This document shows, piece by piece, positions 58,265-64,000 of a stretch of DNA of 64,000 nucleotides. The notes beneath the pieces are model-generated. The model worked only from the letters and a program-made list of their open reading frames with translations. It was not told where the DNA came from and did no database searches. Positions within the stretch are counted from its first letter, which is position 1, and the number at the start of each line of letters is the position of its first letter. Origin of the DNA: Gammaproteobacteria bacterium TMED78 (GTDB taxonomy: Bacteria; Pseudomonadota; Gammaproteobacteria; Steroidobacterales; Rariloculaceae); assembly GCA_002171615.1 (NCBI GenBank), contig NHEF01000019.1, positions 36,770 to 100,769 of the forward strand, read 5' to 3'. The position numbers and the translations under genes were made by a program.

Positions 58265-59176
58265 ATGTCCAAGACCCCTCAAAGAACACCAATCGAAAAA
58301 AGAATAGCCTTTATTGAGATTGCTGGTGCAGATGCAGGAAGCTTCCTAAACAATCTTCTAAGTAGCTCTATATTAGAACTTACTGATTCAAATTATATTT
58401 CTTCTGCATGGCACAGCCAATCAGGAAAGGTAAAATGCATAGTAAAAATAATAAAGAATAGTAATTGCTATGTCTTAGCTATAAATAAAAGTATCAAACA
58501 ATTAATTACTACTCAGCTTCTAAAATACTCGCTAAATTTAAAGGTAGATATTTTATCAGATAATGACTATGTCGCAATTTCTTTGCTAAATGCCAGTCAG
58601 TGGATGAAAGAGATTAATCCAGATTTTGCCAAAAAAAGAAATGGGATGATAGAAATTGATGAATGTAGATTTTTAAGAGTTGATAAAGATTTTTATAGCA
58701 TTTTTGGTAAATCTAACAACATAGAAAAGTTAATACGTTCAACCCTGGAATCAATAACTACTTGTGATAAAAATGAATCTATAAAAAAAGAAATTAGTTT
58801 AGGGATGACTAACATTTCTAAAAATATATATGAAACATTTACCCCCCAAATGCTAAATCTAGATACTCTTCAAATGATAGCAGATGGAAAAGGGTGCTAT
58901 CCTGGTCAAGAAATAATTAATAGAATAAATATTTTAGGAAACACAAAAAGAAGAATTAAATACTATATTGGAAAAAGTAATTTAAAAGTAAAGTCTATGT
59001 CAGAAATAGTAGATCTTGATAATAGAAAAATAGGTAATTTAATCAGGTATGTAAAAATAAAAAATGTTTATCATATTCTAGCAGTAGTTGAAGTAAATAG
59101 AAAACATGAGGAAGTTTTTATTTCTAATTCAAAAAATTATCCTATTCATGAACAAGAAATAAAAAACATTCTATAA
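58265..59176 (+). CDS. ygfZ: folate-binding Fe-S cluster maintenance protein YgfZ (COG0354/IBA57 family)
   Basis: 303 aa. Signature KGCYPGQEII; divergent from the sdh operon. Confidence 0.8.
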   Translation: MSKTPQRTPIEKRIAFIEIAGADAGSFLNNLLSSSILELTDSNYISSAWHSQSGKVKCIVKIIKNSNCYVLAINKSIKQLITTQLLKYSLNLKVDILSDNDYVAISLLNASQWMKEINPDFAKKRNGMIEIDECRFLRVDKDFYSIFGKSNNIEKLIRSTLESITTCDKNESIKKEISLGMTNISKNIYETFTPQMLNLDTLQMIADGKGCYPGQEIINRINILGNTKRRIKYYIGKSNLKVKSMSEIVDLDNRKIGNLIRYVKIKNVYHILAVVEVNRKHEEVFISNSKNYPIHEQEIKNIL

Positions 59177-59178
59177 AT

Positions 59179-60675
59179 CTATTTTTTATTTTTTATATGT
59201 GGAAATAAAATAACATCTCTAATTGAAGGTGAGTTAGTAACAATCATTACTAATCTATCTATTCCTATACCAAGACCAGCTGCGGGAGGCATTCCATACT
59301 CAAGAGCTTTTACATAATCTTCATCATAAAACATAGCCTCTTCATCACCCTTTGTCTTAGATAATAATTGCTTTTTAAAACGATATGCTTGATCTTCAGG
59401 ATCATTAAGCTCTGAAAAGCCATTAGCTATCTCCTTTCCATCAATGAAAAGTTCAAATCGATCAGTAATAAATGGATCTTCATCGTTCATTCTGGCCAGA
59501 GGAGAAACCTCTGTAGGATAATTTGTTACAAATACCGGTCCACTTAGATTCTTCTCTACAGTTTTTTCAAATAACTCTACTTGTAATTTACCAGCTCCTA
59601 AATCATCAGAAACATTAATATTATTATCTTTACAGGCCTTAGATAAGAAAGAAAGATCTCTAACATTATCTATACTAATATCATGATTATATTTTAAAAT
59701 AGCTGATTCTAATGAAATAATTTCAAAATCTTTACTCAAATCTATAGCTTTACCTTGATAGTCAATTATATTTACTCCTAAAATATTTTTTACTAACTGT
59801 CTTATCATATCCTGTGTCAGATGCATTAAGTCCCTATAGTCTGAGTAAGCTTGATAGAGCTCAAGCATTGTAAATTCAGGGTTATGTTGAGTTGAGATAC
59901 CCTCATTCCTAAAGCTACGATTTATTTCAAAAACTCTCTCGATCCCTCCAACTAGTAGCCTTTTTAAATATAGTTCTGGAGCTATCCTTAAATATAAATC
60001 CATATCAAGAGCATTATGATGAGTAATAAATGGTCTTGCTATAGCTCCACCTGGAATAGGGTGCATCATTGGCGTCTCAACTTCTAAAAAATCTAGTGAA
60101 GATAGATACGAGCGAATAAAGCTTATTATTTTACTTCTGACCTTAAATACACTCCTTGTTTCTTTACTTACGATTAAATCGAGATAGCGTTGTCTTATTT
60201 TTATCTCTTGATCTTCTATGCCATGCCATTTTTCTGGAAACGGCCTAAGAGATTTCACTAATAAAACTATCTTATTTACTTTAAGCGATAGTTCATCTGT
60301 ATTAGTTTTAAAAATTTTTCCTTCTGCTCCGACTATATCTCCAATATCCCAACCCTTAACTTCGTTATAAATATCTTCAGTAACAAAATCTTTTTTTAAA
60401 AATAATTGAATTGAACCGGAGCCATCCTGTATATTAAAAAAGCTTGATTTTCCCATGATCCGTTTAGCCATAATTCTACCAGCTATTGAAATAATAGAAT
60501 CTTCTTTTTCAAGGCTCTCCTTACTTTTATTACCATAGGTTTGATGCAAGTGATCAGATACAGCATTTCTTCTAAAAGAGTTTGTATAAACTTTTTCTCT
60601 TTTTTTTAGACTATTTAATTTTTTCTTCCTTTCAGAGATTAATTTATTTTCTTCTTTTTTAACTTCTTCATTCAT
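59179..60675 (-). CDS. lysS: lysyl-tRNA synthetase (class II)
   Basis: 498 aa. OB-fold anticodon-binding domain (IAGRIMAKRIMGKSSFFNIQDGSGSIQLF) and class II motifs (FRNEGISTQHNPEFTMLE, GLGIGIDRLVM). Starts 1 nt after the prfB stop. Confidence 0.96.
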   Translation of the reverse strand: MNEEVKKEENKLISERKKKLNSLKKREKVYTNSFRRNAVSDHLHQTYGNKSKESLEKEDSIISIAGRIMAKRIMGKSSFFNIQDGSGSIQLFLKKDFVTEDIYNEVKGWDIGDIVGAEGKIFKTNTDELSLKVNKIVLLVKSLRPFPEKWHGIEDQEIKIRQRYLDLIVSKETRSVFKVRSKIISFIRSYLSSLDFLEVETPMMHPIPGGAIARPFITHHNALDMDLYLRIAPELYLKRLLVGGIERVFEINRSFRNEGISTQHNPEFTMLELYQAYSDYRDLMHLTQDMIRQLVKNILGVNIIDYQGKAIDLSKDFEIISLESAILKYNHDISIDNVRDLSFLSKACKDNNINVSDDLGAGKLQVELFEKTVEKNLSGPVFVTNYPTEVSPLARMNDEDPFITDRFELFIDGKEIANGFSELNDPEDQAYRFKKQLLSKTKGDEEAMFYDEDYVKALEYGMPPAAGLGIGIDRLVMIVTNSPSIRDVILFPHIKNKK

Positions 60676-61774
60676 CTAATTTATTCCTTTTTTAAGACTA
60701 TATTCTAAAAAAGATTCAATATTACCATTCAAAACTGATTCAGGGTTAGAATTCTCGAGGCCTGTTCTAAGGTCTTTTACCCTAGACTGGTCAAGGACAT
60801 ATGACCTAATTTGATTTCCCCAGCCTATATCAGCCTTACCTTCTTCTAAAAAATCTTTCTCAGCATCTCTTTTACTTTTTTCAAATTCATATAGCTTTGC
60901 CTTAAGCTGATTCATTGCTGTAGCCTTATTTTTATGCTGAGATCTTCCGCTTTGACACTGGGCAACAATATTAGTAGGTAGATGAGTTATCCTTACTGCT
61001 GATTCAGTTTTATTGACATGTTGTCCACCTGCTCCACTAGCTCTATAAACATCAATTCTTATATCAGATGGATTTATCTCTATATCTAAATCATCATCTA
61101 CCTCAGGAGAAACGAATACAGCAGCAAAAGATGTATGTCTTCTATTACTTGAATCAAAAGGCGACTTTCTAACTAATCTATGGACTCCTGTTTCGGTCTT
61201 AATCCAACCATATGCATAATTCCCTGAAAATAGAATTGAGGAACTCTTTATACCAGCAACTTCTCCTGGTGATTTTTCTAATATCTCAGCCTTAAAACCA
61301 TTAGACTCAGCCCATTTTAGATACATTCTTAAAAGCATCTCAGCCCAATCCTGAGCTTCTGTTCCACCTGATCCTGCTTGAATATCTAAATAGGCATTAA
61401 AACTATCCATCTCACCCGAAAACATTCTTTGAAATTCTAACTTCTCTAAAAGATCTTTGACGCTCTCTAAATCAGAAAAAATATCCCTAAGGGTATCGCT
61501 ATCCTTCTCATCCTTAACTATTTGAAATAGCTCTTTATTGTCATTAAGTGAAGATGATATTTTTTCTATATCTATGATTATAGTCTCCAATGAAGACTTT
61601 TCCTTACTAAGTAATTCTATCTTTTTTTGGTCTTTCCAGCTATCAGGTTCCTCTAAAGCAGTGTTAATATCAGATAGTCTGCTTTTCTTACTATCATAGT
61701 CAAAGATACCCCCTCAAAGAGCTATAACGCTCAATCAGATCAGAAATCAAAATACCTACTGAGGTAAAGTCCAT
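60676..61774 (-). CDS. prfB: peptide chain release factor 2, requires programmed +1 frameshift (61774..61703 joined to 61701..60676)
   Basis: The ATG at 61774 opens a 24-codon frame ([24 protein letters not shown]) that ends in the in-frame TGA at 61702-61700. Shifting +1 (reading GAC from 61701) continues [22 protein letters not shown]... into the 304-aa ORF of the track. The joined product is 365 aa by my count and contains the SPF and GGQ motifs ([21 protein letters not shown]). Confidence 0.93.
61700..61714 (-). promoter_or_regulatory. prfB +1 frameshift site with internal Shine-Dalgarno-like stimulator
   Basis: Minus strand reads AGG GGG TAT CTT TGA C, identical to the classical E. coli prfB recoding cassette (SD-like AGGGGG, slippery CTT, TGA followed by C). 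Confidence 0.9.
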
Positions 61775-61816
61775 AAAAAATATCCGATTACTATTCTAAG
61801 AAAATATACCATCTTA

Positions 61817-63505
61817 TTATTCTATATGATTAATCACAAGTTGTAGTCTAGGTAAGTCAAAATAATTATTTATCTTAAGCTTGTAAGTAACTCTTATAGT
61901 TGAATTTAATTTATGATCTGATGCAATGGTATTAAAAGCTATTGCATCAAGCTTTAAATTAGAACTTAATGTCATTAAGGACATCTTAAGATGAGAATTA
62001 CCAACAACATCTTGAGAGACTAACTTAAAATAACCTTCAAAAAGTGGTTCTGGAAAATTCTGACCCCAAGGGCCTGAATCAATTATATCTTTCACACTTT
62101 TAATTGAAAAATCTATCTCGTTTAACTGTCCATCAGTTAAAATTTTACGAGCCAATATTTCATCATCTAATTTTCTTGAAGCAATTAGCTGTATTTCTTT
62201 ATTAAAGGTTTCTAAGCTTGATAAGTTTAAAGTTAATCCGGCTGCCATTGCATGTCCTCCAAATTTATCAATTAAACCAGGCACACAAGAATCTAATTCA
62301 GCAAGAGAGTCTCTTAAATGAAAACCTGGTATAGATCTACCAGAGCCTTTAATATAATTGTTAGCAGCTGAAGCAAAAATAAACACTGGTCTATGATATT
62401 GCTCCTTAATTTTTGAAGCTACAATCCCTACAACACCTTCATGCCAATCTTTACTATAAAGAGATATAATATTAGGTAAATTATTTTTTTCAATAACACT
62501 GATCGAGTTAAGCATATTCTTAGCTTCAATACTCATCTTTCTGTCTAGCTCTCTTCTTCTTAAGTTTATCTTTTCTAGCTCTCTAGCATAATTCATAGCC
62601 TCACTATCAGAAGAGCTTAACAAGCACTTTACTCCTATAGACATATCTTCCAACCTACCCGCAGCATTAATTTTAGGAGCTACTTTATAAGACAGTTCAG
62701 ATTCATCTATATCTACCAGTTTAATATTAGAAATTTTAGCTAGAGCTTTTATGCCATAAGAACTACTGAAAGATCTCATTTGCTTTAAACCATTTTTAAT
62801 AAGTATTCTATTTGTTAAATCTAGGGTTACCAAATCAGCAACTGTACCTAAAGCAACTAAGTCTAGATATTTTAAAACGCTTCTATGGCTTTTGAGGTAT
62901 TTACCTAAAGCTGCCATGAGATAAAAAACGACACCTACCCCTGCAAGATTTTTTCCTTTAAATGAACAATTTTTTAAATTTGGATTAACTATCATTGCAT
63001 CTGGTAATTTCTCACCAGGTAAATGATGATCAGTAATAAGAACATCTATATCATTCTCTTTGGCAAACTTACAACCTTCTATACTTGTAATACCATTATC
63101 AACCGTAACTATGAGTCCTGGAGAATTATCAGTTATTAGTTTTTTTACTAACTCCTTAGTAAGACCATACCCTAGCTTGAACCTATCAGGTATAAAATAG
63201 TCGACATTTTTAAAACCATAATCTCTTAAACATGAAAGCATTAATGTCGTACTAGTTGCCCCATCTACATCAAAATCACCTACAATAACTATCTTAGTAT
63301 CTTTATTTTTAACTAATAAACTAACTGCATCATTAAGCTCGTTAAATTGACTAACTGGTAAGATATTTGAAAGAAAATAATTTATATCGTCAGGTGAACC
63401 TATATCTCTGGAAGAAAATATCTTTTTTAATAGCGGTGATATATCTTTTGGCCAATCCCATCTATATGAATCATCATTTAATGATCTTTCTTCTATTATA
63501 TTCAT
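61817..63505 (-). CDS. recJ: single-stranded-DNA-specific exonuclease RecJ
   Basis: 562 aa. DHH motifs (VIVGDFDVDGATS, VDNG, ITDHH) and DHHA1 (GGHAMAAG); upstream of prfB as in E. coli. Confidence 0.94.
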   Translation of the reverse strand: MNIIEERSLNDDSYRWDWPKDISPLLKKIFSSRDIGSPDDINYFLSNILPVSQFNELNDAVSLLVKNKDTKIVIVGDFDVDGATSTTLMLSCLRDYGFKNVDYFIPDRFKLGYGLTKELVKKLITDNSPGLIVTVDNGITSIEGCKFAKENDIDVLITDHHLPGEKLPDAMIVNPNLKNCSFKGKNLAGVGVVFYLMAALGKYLKSHRSVLKYLDLVALGTVADLVTLDLTNRILIKNGLKQMRSFSSSYGIKALAKISNIKLVDIDESELSYKVAPKINAAGRLEDMSIGVKCLLSSSDSEAMNYARELEKINLRRRELDRKMSIEAKNMLNSISVIEKNNLPNIISLYSKDWHEGVVGIVASKIKEQYHRPVFIFASAANNYIKGSGRSIPGFHLRDSLAELDSCVPGLIDKFGGHAMAAGLTLNLSSLETFNKEIQLIASRKLDDEILARKILTDGQLNEIDFSIKSVKDIIDSGPWGQNFPEPLFEGYFKLVSQDVVGNSHLKMSLMTLSSNLKLDAIAFNTIASDHKLNSTIRVTYKLKINNYFDLPRLQLVINHIE

Positions 63506-63552
63506 AAGTATACTGTCAAAAAGCTATATTATATTAAGAAATTATATTAACC

Positions 63553-63930
63553 TTGTATTATTGTATGGAACTAGTCAAAGAAAAAACTAATGTAAATCTT
63601 ATAAATGCCTGGGAAGATAAAAAAATCCTTGTCAATAATGAATGGCTAGAAAATAGTTTTATAATTACCATAAATAAAATTTTACCTAACTGGGCTTGTC
63701 ATAAAAAACAAGACATTAGTATTGAAAGCATTAAATTAGCTACTGAGATAGATACAGAAATTATCCTCTTAGGCACTGGTAAAACTACAGTATTTATTGA
63801 ACCGGAAATTATATCTTTCTTTAACGATAAAAAAATTGGCTTGGAAGTAATGGATACTTCATCTGCCTGCAGAACATACAACCTTCTTGCGCATGAATAT
63901 AGAAAAGTGTCAGCAGCCATAATTATTTAA
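63553..63930 (+). CDS. Mth938-like / DUF498 domain protein
   Basis: 125-aa ORF from a TTG start; the ATG at 63565 (MELVKEK...) is a likely alternative. LLGTGKT ... GLEVMDTSSACRTYNLLAHEYRKVSAAII matches the Mth938/NDUFAF3-like fold family as I recall it. Confidence 0.65.
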   Translation: MYYCMELVKEKTNVNLINAWEDKKILVNNEWLENSFIITINKILPNWACHKKQDISIESIKLATEIDTEIILLGTGKTTVFIEPEIISFFNDKKIGLEVMDTSSACRTYNLLAHEYRKVSAAIII

Positions 63931-63931
63931 T

Positions 63932-64000
63932 CTATAAATTTTCTAAATAAATCATTGGATCTATTGGTATACCATTCTCTCTTATTTCGAAATAAAGCTG
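63932..64000 (-). CDS. 3' end of an M23-family peptidase-like gene (5' part outside window)
   Basis: My minus-strand translation from the window edge gives QLYFEIRENGIPIDPMIYLENL followed by a stop at 63934-63932. LxFEIRxNGxxxDP is the typical C-terminal block of M23/LytM-domain proteins. Only 22 codons are visible. Confidence 0.45.
   Translation of the reverse strand, partial: QLYFEIRENGIPIDPMIYLENL

Noticed and set aside
1-64000. Scan for CRISPR arrays, tRNA/rRNA genes, transposases, integrases, phage or known defence-system genes
   Set aside because: No regularly spaced repeats, no cloverleaf-like or rRNA-like GC-rich segments, and no ORF with recombinase, nuclease-defence or capsid motifs were seen. 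Apart from 1-11602, every sizeable ORF is a recognisable housekeeping or cell-envelope gene (a few only tentatively assigned).

Overview
AT-rich, very gene-dense (about 95% coding) chromosomal segment with gammaproteobacterial synteny: ftsK-lolA-serS, clpS-clpA/infA, rne/rluC-maf-yceD-rpmF-plsX-fabH, msbA-lpxK-kdsB, lol genes next to mfd, lepA-lepB-rnc-era-recO-pdxJ-acpS, sdhCDAB, recJ-prfB-lysS. The compact style suggests a streamlined marine lineage, which is inference only. I saw no rRNA, tRNA, CRISPR array, transposase, integrase or phage gene. Only the first 11.6 kb looks accessory: a 5'-truncated DUF5916-like gene, two Cys-type sulfatases, a TonB-dependent receptor, and six signal-peptide-bearing uncharacterised proteins between them. 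Those six proteins are built from two shuffled modules. Module X has a mature N-terminus HHS followed by WxNPH, and I recall it as DUF6152-like. Module Y has two conserved Cys and a GxSxGxWEGDxLV core. Their architectures are X, X, X-Y, Y, Y and X-Y, and an 87-nt perfectly identical patch links the two X-only genes. This is my best candidate for an undescribed periplasmic system, possibly metal-dependent, coupled to TonB-dependent uptake and desulfation. Other points: prfB carries the classical +1 frameshift site, which the ORF track splits. sdhCDAB is flanked by a DUF1674/SDHAF4-like gene, sdhE, a glutaredoxin-like gene and divergent ygfZ. gspCDEF lacks the pseudopilin genes. An OprI/Lpp-like lipoprotein sits next to a LysM-YkuD transpeptidase. 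A YkuD protein without an export signal sits next to nagZ. There is a Met-rich outer-membrane barrel, and RNase E is short with a Lys-rich tail. Six of eleven convergent gene pairs overlap at their 3' ends. All family calls rest on motif recognition by eye; no searches were run.
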